Notes under the pieces: generated by a model
Database searches by the model: none
Told to the model about the DNA's origin: nothing
Seen by the model: only the letters and a program-made list of their open reading frames with translations
Translations under genes and position numbers: made by a program
NCBI GenBank assembly: GCA_036339465.1
Contig: JAYZAY010000067.1
Coordinates: 1 to 64,000, forward strand
DNA from: Myxococcota bacterium
GTDB taxonomy: Bacteria; Myxococcota; XYA12-FULL-58-9; JABJBS01
Direction: 5' to 3'
Length of the DNA stretch: 64,000 bases
Shown here: positions 18,674 through 28,503 of the stretch, piece by piece
Layout: every line of letters starts with the position of its first letter
Position numbering within the stretch: position 1 is the stretch's first letter

Positions 18674-19233
18674 TGCCAAGAATTAATCTGTTGCCAACAA
18701 AAGCAACCTGGCAAGGGAAACGAGTCAAAAAAGAACTCGCGATCGGCATTGGCCTCGCCGCAATTGTTCTGATTGGACTGTCTCTATTTCACGGCAATCT
18801 AATCGCCCAAGAAGAAGCATTGCTCGATGATATCAATGTTCTCAAACAGAGTCTCCTCAGTCTTCAAGCCGATAGCAGAAGAGTCGAGGACTTTGAAGAC
18901 AAAGCCAAACTCCTCGAACAAAAGCTAAAAGTCATCGATGAACTGCAAGTAACCAAGCACGGACCTTCCCATCTACTCTATGAGCTAACCAAAACATTAG
19001 ACAGGTTAAAGAGGGTTTGGTTAACTGAGGTCGATATCGGCGCTGCGGGTATCCTTAAACTACGGGGTGGAGCTATGGAAACTGAAGACGTATCAGACTT
19101 TCAAAGAGACATTAAAGCCAAGAGCGACCTTTTCTACGACCTAAAACTACACTCCGTCGACGCTCAGAAAACCAAAGATGTTTCATTTCTGAAATGGGAA
19201 ATTTCCACGCGCGTTCGATATGGAGACAACTAG
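18673..19233 (+). CDS. pilN: Type IV pilus assembly protein PilN
   Basis: N-terminal RINLLP motif, TM, coiled coil, VWLT. Confidence 0.92.
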   Translation: MPRINLLPTKATWQGKRVKKELAIGIGLAAIVLIGLSLFHGNLIAQEEALLDDINVLKQSLLSLQADSRRVEDFEDKAKLLEQKLKVIDELQVTKHGPSHLLYELTKTLDRLKRVWLTEVDIGAAGILKLRGGAMETEDVSDFQRDIKAKSDLFYDLKLHSVDAQKTKDVSFLKWEISTRVRYGDN

Positions 19234-19236
19234 GTC

Positions 19237-19812
19237 ATGGAAGGCCTACTCAAACAATATGGAGCACTGCCCCAAACCCAGCGTATCGGAATGCTCTTTC
19301 TCCCCATCATCTGTATCGTGGGGTTGTATTATACGATGTGGTATCAGGATCAACATGCGCGCATTGCCCAAAAAAAAGTGCAGCTCAAACAAACGTCGCA
19401 AGAAATAGCCAACAAAAGAGCCTACGCTCGGAATCTGACAAAGTACGAAGCCCGGATTGAGAAACAAAAACAACGTTTAGAGCATGCTCGTTCCCTCCTG
19501 CCTGACAACACCAACGTGGCTGAGCTTCTCGCCCAATTCGGTGCTAAAGCCGAACAAACAGGCCTGGAAATTAAATCTTTCAAACCCGGCGGAGTCACCA
19601 AACGAAAACTCTTTAGTGAAATTCAATTTGAAGTGCAGGTGGTGGGTAGCTTCCATGAAATTGCGACATTCATAGAGTCATTATCGCAGATCGATCAGAT
19701 TACGACAGTCGGCGCGTTTAGCATGCAACCTAAATCGTCCAATACTGAAGAGCATCTGAATCTAAACGCGCAACTCCAAGTGACAACCTTTCGTTTCAAC
19801 CGAGCGGGCTAA
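19237..19812 (+). CDS. pilO: Type IV pilus assembly protein PilO
   Basis: TM, coiled coil, LLP, GSFHEIATF; gene position. Confidence 0.92.
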   Translation: MEGLLKQYGALPQTQRIGMLFLPIICIVGLYYTMWYQDQHARIAQKKVQLKQTSQEIANKRAYARNLTKYEARIEKQKQRLEHARSLLPDNTNVAELLAQFGAKAEQTGLEIKSFKPGGVTKRKLFSEIQFEVQVVGSFHEIATFIESLSQIDQITTVGAFSMQPKSSNTEEHLNLNAQLQVTTFRFNRAG

Positions 19813-19815
19813 ACA

Positions 19816-20445
19816 ATGAGCACACCAATGAAACATCACTATTTCAAAGTGCCGCAGCCGCCCCCTATGCAACGATGCAGGTTCCTTTGTGTCTTTATCG
19901 CCTGCGTAGTTGGCTCCAGCTGTGATTTTGGTGACGATATGTCGCGTGACTCTGCGCTTAAAGCCGCGAAGTCACAACTTAAAAAGCAAAATGAAAAGAA
20001 AAAGAAAAAGAAAAAGGACAGCATAAAAGTGGGACAAACAGTGCAAACACCAACATCCTATTCAACCATAGGAATGCGCGACCCGTTTGAGTCCTATCTG
20101 GACACTTATTTGAATCTTCGACGAGGAGGGTTTGCGGGACCCGCTTCAGCCACCGAACGCTTCGAACTATCAGAGTACGTCTTAACAGGTATCGTTTCTG
20201 GCACAACAAAACCTAGAGCCATCGTTAAAGACCCAAGCGGCGAAGGACATATTATCAAGCTCGGCTCCCGCTTAGGCTTAAGCCGGGGCCGAGTTACCCG
20301 TATATCCAATAGAGAAGTTGTCGTTCGGGAAGAGCACCCAACACCTACTGGCGATAGAACCACGCTAACCCGTAGGCTTAAACTTCCCAGTGCAGAGAAG
20401 AGCTCCCTAGCTAACCCCACATCAAACAGAGACAGGAGGAACTAA
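19816..20445 (+). CDS. pilP: Type IV pilus lipoprotein PilP; start may be 19867
   Basis: Lipobox VGSSC, RDPF, ERFELSEYVLTGIV, DPSGEG. Confidence 0.9.
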   Translation: MSTPMKHHYFKVPQPPPMQRCRFLCVFIACVVGSSCDFGDDMSRDSALKAAKSQLKKQNEKKKKKKKDSIKVGQTVQTPTSYSTIGMRDPFESYLDTYLNLRRGGFAGPASATERFELSEYVLTGIVSGTTKPRAIVKDPSGEGHIIKLGSRLGLSRGRVTRISNREVVVREEHPTPTGDRTTLTRRLKLPSAEKSSLANPTSNRDRRN

Positions 20446-20448
20446 GGA

Positions 20449-23400
20449 GTGAAAACCAAGATTATTAATAAATCACAAAACCAAAAAAATCACTTTTTAG
20501 CGTTCAGCCCCACTCCCTGGGCTACTGCCTTTATTACACTCATTGTATTTGCAGGAACTCTCCACGCCGATACATCACTCAACAAGGTACGTGACCTACT
20601 GGTGAGTCAAATAGGAAACTCACGTCTTATCCAAATCAAAACTGATTCGAAACCCACTTTTACGGTTTTCAAACTCAATAATCCCCTAAGGGTGGTTGTG
20701 GATATTTCGGGCGGCGATGTGTCTGACCTGTCGCAGCCACAACTCCTGGAAGATCCTGTTTTGGGCCAAATTGCGACAAGACAGTTTTCCAGTAGCAATC
20801 AGAACGTAGGTCGAATTATCTTAGGCTTTGCTCAACCCGTGAACTATGAAGTTGCTAGCAAAGCAGATGGACTTGAAATTCAAGTAACCCCCACAGCCCC
20901 AGAGGAAAATCCTCTATCGGCGATTGCTCCACCCAGCCCCCCCTTAGACCCCAAAGAAAAACAGAGACTCGCAGAGAAGAAACGAAAGCTTAAAGAGAAA
21001 GAAAACAGTCTCAACGCAGGAAAAAACAGTCTCCAAAAGAAAGAAAAAGAGATTCGTGAAAAAAATATCAAACTCATAAAATCTCAAGCAATCTTGGAGA
21101 AGAAACAGAATCTGATTGCAGAGAAACAAGCTGTATTAAAAAAAGAGTATTCCGATATCACGCGGCAAAAGAACAAACTTCAAGAGAAGGAAAACAGTTT
21201 AAATACGGGAGAAAACAGTCTTCAAAAGAAAGAAAAAGAGATTCGTGAAAAAAATGACAAAATCATAGAAGCTCAAGCAATCTTGGAGAAGAAGCAGAAT
21301 CTGATTGCAGAAAAACAAGCTGTATTAAAGAAAGAATATTCCAATATCACGCGGCAAAAGAAGAAACTTCAAGAGAAGGAAAACAGTTTAAATATCGGGG
21401 AAAACAGCCTTCAAAAGAAAAAAAGAGAGATTCGTGAAAAAAATATCAAACTCATAAAATCTCAATTAATATTAAGGGAGCACCAGAATCTGATTGTAGC
21501 GAAACAAGCTACCTTGAACAAAAAAGAGTCCAATATCAGGCAGCAGAAGCGGAGACTTCATGAAAAAGAGAACAGTTTAAAGGCAGGAAAAAACAGCCTT
21601 CAAGAAAAAGAAAAAGAAATTCGAGGAAAAACTCTCCAACTGATAAAATCTCAAGCAATTATAGAGAAGCAACAAAACATGATTGCAGCGAAACAAGCTG
21701 CCTTGATCAAAAAAGAGTCCAACCTCAGGCTGCAAAAGAAGAAACTTCAAGAAAAAGAGAACAGTTTAAAGACAGGAGAAAGCAGCCTTCAACAAAAAGA
21801 AAGAGAGATTCGTGAAAAAAATATCAAACTCATAAAATCCAAAGCAATATTAGAAAAGCAGCAAAACCAGATTGCAGCGAAACAAGCTGCCTTGATTAAA
21901 AAAGACTCCAATATCAAACGGAAAAACCATAATCTTCAGGAGAAAGAAAACAGTTTGAATACGGGAGAAAACAGCCTTCAAGAGAAAGAAAGAAAGATTC
22001 GCGAAAGAGATCTCGAGCTAAAGCAATATCAAGAAATTTTAGAGAAGCAGCAAAACCAGATTGCTGAAAAACAAGCTGCCTTGATTGAAAAAGATTCTAA
22101 TATCAGACAGCAAAAGCGGAATCTTCAAGATAAAGAAAACAGTATAAAAACAGGAGAAAAGAGCCTCCAAGAGAAAGAAAAAGAGATTCGTGAAAAAAAT
22201 CTCAGACTGAAAAACTCCCAAGCAATGTTAGAGAAGCAGCAGAATCAGGTGACAGAGAAGCAAGCTGCCTTGAGCAAAAGATATTCCGCTCTCATGGTAA
22301 AAGAAACAGAAATTAACTCAAAAGATGGCAACCTAATTCAAGAAAGAGAGCAATTGAACGCAAAATTGGAGAACCTCGCTTCTCAAGAAAAAGAGATCTC
22401 CCTGCGAAGGAAGGCCAATCAAAAACTTGAAGTAACATTAAAACAAGAGCGAAGTGAACTTTCAGAGGAAAGAAAAACATTCATCACACACAGACTGAAA
22501 ACCCTAAAGGAGCTTAAAGAGCAAAAGGAAAATATCCAAGAGAAAAAGAAAAACCTCAAAAGAGAGCAGGATGCTCGCATAGAACTGTATAAAAATATGC
22601 GGTTGCCCAATCAATCCACTTCCAGTGGCGTCCTTACAAAGATCCACCATCAAAGCAGCACCAGTGGCCTCGTTCTGAAACTAAACCTCAAGGGAAACCC
22701 CCAGATTAACATACTGCGACTAGACACACCACCTCGTATCGTGATCGACATGCAAAACACGAAGCTAAGCTCGCCACAAAAAACGTTGCCGTTAGAAACA
22801 AAAGAAGCGATCAAAGTGCGGTTCGGTGAACATAAAAATATTCTCAGAGCGGTAATCGATCTCAAATCGAATCAACTGGAGCACCATATTTCCCGGCAAG
22901 ACGCCGGTCTCGTGGTAAATCTAAATGTCCGACAAAAATCCTTGGGCACCGACAAAAGAAAACAGGAGCTTACGGATCGACATAGGAAGCTACAGGAGAA
23001 AGAACACGACTTAAAAACAGCAGAAAACCGGCTTCAAGAGAAAGAAAGCGTAATTCGGACAAAAAATATCAAACTGGAAAAAGCTCAAGCAAGCTTGCAG
23101 CATCAACAGAGTCTCGTTGTCGCGAAACAAGCTTCCTGGAACAGAAAATATTCCAACCTCAAGGAAAAAGAAGTCCAAATTGACGCCAAAAGTGAAAACC
23201 TGAAACAAGAAAAAGGCCAATTAAACCTGAAATGGGAAAAACTCGCCACGCAAGAGAAAGAGATCTCCCTGCGAAAAAAGAGCAATCAAAAACACGAAAT
23301 GGCATTGAAACAAGAGCGAATTGAACTTTCGCAGGAAAGAAAAGCATTCATAACACAAAAGATGGAAGCTCTAGATGAGCTCAAGCAACAACAACAAGAG

Positions 23401-25611
23401 TTCCAAGAGAAAAAGAAAAACCTCAAAAGAGAAAACGACTATCGCAGAGAACGAGAAAAAAACGTGAGGTTACCCAAGCAATCCACATCCAGCGGCACCC
23501 TCACCAAGGTTCACCACAAAAGTGACATCAATGGCCTCGTTCTGAAACTAAACCTTAAAGGCAGCCCCCAGATTAACGTACAGCGATTAGACACACCACC
23601 TCGTCTCGTGATCGACATGCAAAACACGAAGCTAAGTTCCCCTCAGAAAACCTATCATTTGGAAACAGATGAAGCGGTCAAGGTGCGATTCGGTGAACAT
23701 AAAGACATGCTCAGAGCGGTAATCGATCTCAAATCAAGTCATCTGGCACACCATATTTCCCGAAAAGAAGAAGGCCTCATGGTAAGTTTGAACGCCGGAC
23801 AAAACTCCTTAGGTGTCAAAGGTGAAGGGGGCCCTGAATCAGTTGAACCGTTGACAATCAAAAATATTCGCTTCGAACGCAATGGCAATATAGCCCGGAT
23901 CATCGTTGAGGTACCGAGTGCTCCTCTGCCCAACATCGATACACGGTCAAAAAAGGCATTGATCCTCAACCTCGCCAACTGTGTCCTACCAAAATCGCTT
24001 GAGGAAAGTTTGGATACGAAAGCTTATGGCACCTTGGTTAAAATGATATCGAGCTATCAATCCAGCTCGGGAGCACCGAATGTAAAGATCGTTGCGCATG
24101 TTGCTGGCCCCGCAAAGCACCGCCTATTCCGAAAAGGAGAGGAAATCATTTGGGACATCGCCCCCAATCAGGAAATGGCTCGGAACGAAAGTAGCTCTAA
24201 AACCTCTACCCCAAAGACTGCGGGCTTTTCCGTTGCCGCCCGAGGCGTGAGCGATGCGTTCATTACCAGTAGGGACCGAGGCCAGAAAAACAAAGAACTT
24301 AAACAGCGTATTACCCTCGACCTTAAAGAAGCCGAAATCCTCACTGTTCTACGAATGCTTTCGGATATATCGGGAGAGAACATGATCGCGAGTGATGCTA
24401 TCAGCGGCACCGTTACCATTCGACTGCGAAACGTACCTTGGGACCAAGCATTAGACACCATCCTGAGAACCAAAGGCTACGCTCGTGTACGACAAAACAA
24501 TATCATGCGTATTGCTCCCGCCGCCGTCATTAGGAAGGAGCGAGAGCAAGAGTTGGCGCAACAAAAAGCCCAAATCGCCATCGAGAACATGGCGATCAAA
24601 TTGATTACCATTAACTATGCACTCGCCAGTGATATCGTTGGCCAGATAAAACCACTACTTACAGAGAGGGGAAGTATTCAAGTTGATGACCGCACCAACA
24701 CGATTATCGTCGATGATATTATATCGAATATCGATCGGGTCGTTGAGCTCAGTCGCAGGCTGGACAAACAAATCCCACAAGTTCTAATCGAGTCTCGGAT
24801 TGTAGAGGCATCCAGCAGTGAAAGCCAAGGACTGGGTATCCAATGGGGAGGCTTGGGCCAACGAACTGCGGCTGAAGGAAATCCTACCGGTTTACAATTC
24901 CCAAGCAACATCGTCATAAGTGGTGCTGCTTCCGATGGGCAAACCAATACGGCCGCCAATTACTCTCCCTCCCAATATGCCGTCAACTTGCCGGCTCCCA
25001 TTGGAGCAGGGGTAGGCGGTGGTATCGGCATGATCTTTGGTAGCGCCGGTGGTAGCCAACTCTTGGCACTCCGGCTATCGGCCATGGAAGAGAGGGGCTC
25101 TGGTCGGATCATCAGCTCTCCAAGAATAACCACACTGGACAACCGAACCGCGAAGATTTCATCGGGGATTTCAATCCCGGTGAGCACAACTTCAGCCAAT
25201 GGTACCAACACAAAGTTTGTTGCCGCAAACCTCGCGTTAGAAGTGACACCCCATGTAACCAATGATGGTAGCGTCCTGATGAAAATTAAGACAACGAAGA
25301 ATGAAGCGGATTTTTCTCGAACCGGAGGCAACGGAGATCCCAGTATCCTAAACAAACAGGCTGAAACAGAGGTCCTCGTCGCCGATGGAGATACGACCGT
25401 GATCGGGGGTATTTACACGCGGTCGAATTCAGAAACCTACGCTGGTGTGCCCTTCTTCTCGGATATTCCAATCATTGGCTGGCTCTTCAAGAAGAGGAGT
25501 CAACAGGACAAGCGTTCCGAACTCCTGATCTTCATAACCCCGAGGATTGTAAACCGAGAAGAATCGCTCATGCAGAGCAATCAAAGCGTATTAAATGAAG
25601 ACAAACGCTAG
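20449..25611 (+). CDS. pilQ: Type IV pilus secretin PilQ, unusually long (four AMIN-like domains, coiled-coil inserts)
   Basis: AMIN motifs (LNNPLRVVVD, LDTPPRIVID, LDTPPRLVID), VPWDQALD, DDRTNTIIV, QVLIESRIVE, LEVTPHV, ELLIFITPRI. Confidence 0.96.
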   Translation: MKTKIINKSQNQKNHFLAFSPTPWATAFITLIVFAGTLHADTSLNKVRDLLVSQIGNSRLIQIKTDSKPTFTVFKLNNPLRVVVDISGGDVSDLSQPQLLEDPVLGQIATRQFSSSNQNVGRIILGFAQPVNYEVASKADGLEIQVTPTAPEENPLSAIAPPSPPLDPKEKQRLAEKKRKLKEKENSLNAGKNSLQKKEKEIREKNIKLIKSQAILEKKQNLIAEKQAVLKKEYSDITRQKNKLQEKENSLNTGENSLQKKEKEIREKNDKIIEAQAILEKKQNLIAEKQAVLKKEYSNITRQKKKLQEKENSLNIGENSLQKKKREIREKNIKLIKSQLILREHQNLIVAKQATLNKKESNIRQQKRRLHEKENSLKAGKNSLQEKEKEIRGKTLQLIKSQAIIEKQQNMIAAKQAALIKKESNLRLQKKKLQEKENSLKTGESSLQQKEREIREKNIKLIKSKAILEKQQNQIAAKQAALIKKDSNIKRKNHNLQEKENSLNTGENSLQEKERKIRERDLELKQYQEILEKQQNQIAEKQAALIEKDSNIRQQKRNLQDKENSIKTGEKSLQEKEKEIREKNLRLKNSQAMLEKQQNQVTEKQAALSKRYSALMVKETEINSKDGNLIQEREQLNAKLENLASQEKEISLRRKANQKLEVTLKQERSELSEERKTFITHRLKTLKELKEQKENIQEKKKNLKREQDARIELYKNMRLPNQSTSSGVLTKIHHQSSTSGLVLKLNLKGNPQINILRLDTPPRIVIDMQNTKLSSPQKTLPLETKEAIKVRFGEHKNILRAVIDLKSNQLEHHISRQDAGLVVNLNVRQKSLGTDKRKQELTDRHRKLQEKEHDLKTAENRLQEKESVIRTKNIKLEKAQASLQHQQSLVVAKQASWNRKYSNLKEKEVQIDAKSENLKQEKGQLNLKWEKLATQEKEISLRKKSNQKHEMALKQERIELSQERKAFITQKMEALDELKQQQQEFQEKKKNLKRENDYRREREKNVRLPKQSTSSGTLTKVHHKSDINGLVLKLNLKGSPQINVQRLDTPPRLVIDMQNTKLSSPQKTYHLETDEAVKVRFGEHKDMLRAVIDLKSSHLAHHISRKEEGLMVSLNAGQNSLGVKGEGGPESVEPLTIKNIRFERNGNIARIIVEVPSAPLPNIDTRSKKALILNLANCVLPKSLEESLDTKAYGTLVKMISSYQSSSGAPNVKIVAHVAGPAKHRLFRKGEEIIWDIAPNQEMARNESSSKTSTPKTAGFSVAARGVSDAFITSRDRGQKNKELKQRITLDLKEAEILTVLRMLSDISGENMIASDAISGTVTIRLRNVPWDQALDTILRTKGYARVRQNNIMRIAPAAVIRKEREQELAQQKAQIAIENMAIKLITINYALASDIVGQIKPLLTERGSIQVDDRTNTIIVDDIISNIDRVVELSRRLDKQIPQVLIESRIVEASSSESQGLGIQWGGLGQRTAAEGNPTGLQFPSNIVISGAASDGQTNTAANYSPSQYAVNLPAPIGAGVGGGIGMIFGSAGGSQLLALRLSAMEERGSGRIISSPRITTLDNRTAKISSGISIPVSTTSANGTNTKFVAANLALEVTPHVTNDGSVLMKIKTTKNEADFSRTGGNGDPSILNKQAETEVLVADGDTTVIGGIYTRSNSETYAGVPFFSDIPIIGWLFKKRSQQDKRSELLIFITPRIVNREESLMQSNQSVLNEDKR
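20990..22300 (+). repeat. Seven tandem 189-bp (63-aa) repeats inside pilQ
   Basis: GAAAACAGT (ENS) recurs at 21001, 21190 ... 22135, a 189-bp period. Confidence 0.93.
22120..23795 (+). repeat. 867-bp (289-aa) internal duplication in pilQ (coiled coil + AMIN); ends approximate
   Basis: GTGATCGACATGCAAAACACGAAGCTAAG occurs at 22741 and 23608; the proteins align on both sides. Confidence 0.9.
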
Positions 25612-25644
25612 GCCGAGATTGGTCAAGCTGGGTATGGATGTCGC

Positions 25645-27411
25645 ATGTTAGAATTGAGTTCCAAACTGCCCGCACGGACTGGCCGGAGTTCGAACAAGAG
25701 TCACCGACAAACGAAGGCGACAACTTCAAAACTGACGCGTCCCATTGCCCTCGTTGGGTTCATGGCCAGCGGAAAAAGTTCCATAGGAAAACTCTTAGCA
25801 AAGCGACTAAAACTTGAATTCATTGATCTCGATCAAGAAATTGAAGCCCTCGCAAACATGTCAATTTCACAGATTTTTAAGAGCGAAGGTGAAGTGGCTT
25901 TTCGCGCCTTTGAGCGAGGTACACTCCGGGAAATACTTGGCCGAGCGAACCAAGATTTTGTCCTAGCGACAGGAGGTGGCACCTTCGTGGATCAAACGAT
26001 GCGTGAAAATCTCCTCAAAGGTTCGACGACCGTATTTCTTGAGGCGAGTCTCGAAACCATCTTGGCAAGACTCAATGAAGATGAATTGGAAGACCGACCT
26101 TTGGCCCAAGGGCCCGACCGCAGCCGACAATTGGCCAAGCTACTTGAATCAAGGCTTCCCTCCTATGAACGTTGTCACAGAACCATTCGCACCGACTTCA
26201 AAGATAAGGATGAGATCGTTGACGGTATCATAGTGAAGCTTGGTTTAGAGACAAAAAAAGGCGGCAATCTTACCGCGCAAACAGAGTTGCATCGCCCCAA
26301 AAATGCAGACAACAGCCCAGCGAAAAGTCCAGAGCTGAAGTTGATTCAAGTCCATGCAGAAGCACACGATTACGAGGTAGTCATCTCCGAGAAACTAGGA
26401 CAACATTGCTTAGAATCCATCCAAAATCGCACTAAAGGAAGGCAATTGGTCGTTCTCACCGACAGTACCGTCGCCAACCTGCACGCAGCCGACACCCTGA
26501 ATCTTCTTCGGTCCAGTAACTTCGAAGAAGTCCATATTTTACAAGTTGACCCAGGGGAAGCTTCGAAAAGTATGGGAACGGCATCACGACTCTACGACCA
26601 ATTACTAACCCTAAACTTAAACCGAAACGATGCTCTCATTGCCCTCGGGGGAGGCGTCGTAGGTGACCTCGGCGGTTTCGTGGCCTCGACTTTCTTAAGA
26701 GGCTTGGACTTTTACCAAATTCCCACCACCACCCTAGCTGCCGTCGATTCCAGTGTAGGTGGAAAAACGGCCGTAAATTTGCCCCGAGGAAAAAACCTCG
26801 TCGGCACATTCTATCCTCCCAAGGGAGTATTCATCGCCCTAAGCCATCTGCAAACCCAAACCCCTAGGGGACACGCTGCAGGATTGATGGAAAGCCTCAA
26901 AATGGCCGCAACCCACGATAAGAATCTTTTTCACGAAATGACCAACCATACCGACAACCTCATCAACTTTAATAGCGAACTTATCCAAGCCACGATTGCT
27001 AGGAGCGTGGAAATCAAAGCCAAAGTAGTCTCACAGGATGAACGAGAAAGTGGGGGCCGGGCGGTTTTGAATTTTGGCCATACAGTAGGGCATGCCATTG
27101 AAGCCGGCTCAAACTTTGAAATGCTCCATGGGGAAGCCGTGGCTTTGGGCATGCTCGCGGAAGCACAATGGGCCGAAATGGAAGGTTTTTCCTCAGGGGT
27201 AAGCACCCAGATCCGAGAAGCCATTGCTAAATTAGGCTTCAAAACCGAGTGGAGACGTTACCCCATTGATCTTGAAGCCATGCTGGTTGACAAAAAACGG
27301 GTTGGGAGTGGCGTTACCGTCCCCGTGGTCGATACATTAGGGCATTTTGAATTTAAGACCGTACCCATTTCATCAATCGCAGAATTTGTAAACCGAAGGA
27401 GAGCATCATGA
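25645..27411 (+). CDS. aroB: Shikimate kinase / 3-dehydroquinate synthase fusion (AroK-AroB)
   Basis: GFMASGKS, DLD and GGG (AroK), then GGGVVGD, PTT, DSSVGGKT and LNFGHTVGHAIE (AroB). Confidence 0.95.
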   Translation: MLELSSKLPARTGRSSNKSHRQTKATTSKLTRPIALVGFMASGKSSIGKLLAKRLKLEFIDLDQEIEALANMSISQIFKSEGEVAFRAFERGTLREILGRANQDFVLATGGGTFVDQTMRENLLKGSTTVFLEASLETILARLNEDELEDRPLAQGPDRSRQLAKLLESRLPSYERCHRTIRTDFKDKDEIVDGIIVKLGLETKKGGNLTAQTELHRPKNADNSPAKSPELKLIQVHAEAHDYEVVISEKLGQHCLESIQNRTKGRQLVVLTDSTVANLHAADTLNLLRSSNFEEVHILQVDPGEASKSMGTASRLYDQLLTLNLNRNDALIALGGGVVGDLGGFVASTFLRGLDFYQIPTTTLAAVDSSVGGKTAVNLPRGKNLVGTFYPPKGVFIALSHLQTQTPRGHAAGLMESLKMAATHDKNLFHEMTNHTDNLINFNSELIQATIARSVEIKAKVVSQDERESGGRAVLNFGHTVGHAIEAGSNFEMLHGEAVALGMLAEAQWAEMEGFSSGVSTQIREAIAKLGFKTEWRRYPIDLEAMLVDKKRVGSGVTVPVVDTLGHFEFKTVPISSIAEFVNRRRAS

Positions 27412-28427
27412 AAACCTGGAAAACGTTGGTCAGCTTACTTGCCATCGCCCAATTATCTTGTGCAGCCGAACCGGGAAATGTTTTTGAGGTCGTCCGGCTC
27501 CTAGACGCGAGCGCAACCTGCCAATACGATCTAGGAGACAACACCTTCCCATCCCGGGTGACTTTCGATGCGGCAAGTGTGGGTGCAAGCTTCGTCGGTT
27601 TTGGTCTACGAAACCATATGAGCACTGCCGATACACAAACAGTGGAAACAGCCGAGGGCATCAGTTTGCGCTCACAGGTAAACACACTCACCCTCAAGGG
27701 CTTCGAAATTTGTATTACCTTGGCCGTACCCAACGAAATTGATCCCGTGGATTGTGCCTCCATAGACGGCAGCGCCGCCCTTCAGGCAAAGCAATTTTAC
27801 CGCACCACCTCGGTGATTCCACCCGCCCCTGACCTCAGTGGCGGCGAAATCAACGCTGCGGCGATGATCAAGTTATTTGACAGCGACACCCTTGCCTCTC
27901 TCTTTGGGAATGAATTCAATGCGGGCAGTCTGAGGGATTTGGTCGTTCGCAAATACCAGAGTACTGCTGCAGCAAACAACACAGCCGCCAATTGCGCCGG
28001 TAATTCAACATCCGATGCAGGCGTGAAGGCCATTCGCTACGGTCTGGGCAACGGATGCGATTTTGGCACGGCGGGTTCGGCTCCCATTGGCCTATTCAAC
28101 AGCGACGTCCCACAAAATACAAGCTCTCGAGAATTCATGATTCAAGTCACGGCCATCGCCAACAATGCCGCCGGTAGCGAAATTAGGTCCAGTACTTTTA
28201 GATTTCCCGCCACCATTTGTATCGGCTGTAATCAGAGCGATGCTCAAAGCAGTGAAGGGCTGAGCTGCCCTGGCATCAGCGCTTGCGATGAAAACGACCC
28301 AGACAAAGGGTTCGAGGGATTTCAACCCGCCATCGAGAAAAGCTATTGCTATCCTGCCACACGGCAAGGCGCCCTAGAAAAGGACCACACGAAGGTTTTC
28401 ACCTGTGAAAAACTAGAATGCGAATAA
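27408..28427 (+). CDS. Cys-rich hypothetical lipoprotein
   Basis: Lipobox QLSC; ATGA overlap with aroB; FPATICIGC. Confidence 0.75.
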   Translation: MKTWKTLVSLLAIAQLSCAAEPGNVFEVVRLLDASATCQYDLGDNTFPSRVTFDAASVGASFVGFGLRNHMSTADTQTVETAEGISLRSQVNTLTLKGFEICITLAVPNEIDPVDCASIDGSAALQAKQFYRTTSVIPPAPDLSGGEINAAAMIKLFDSDTLASLFGNEFNAGSLRDLVVRKYQSTAAANNTAANCAGNSTSDAGVKAIRYGLGNGCDFGTAGSAPIGLFNSDVPQNTSSREFMIQVTAIANNAAGSEIRSSTFRFPATICIGCNQSDAQSSEGLSCPGISACDENDPDKGFEGFQPAIEKSYCYPATRQGALEKDHTKVFTCEKLECE

Positions 28428-28503
28428 ACAGATAAGATGGATTGCCCTCAAATATCGACAGCAAATATTGACAGAAAATCAAGTCCGGCATAGCTCAATA
28501 CCC

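Noticed and set aside
20990..22300. CRISPR or non-coding repeat array
   Set aside because: The period is a multiple of three and the repeats lie in frame within pilQ.
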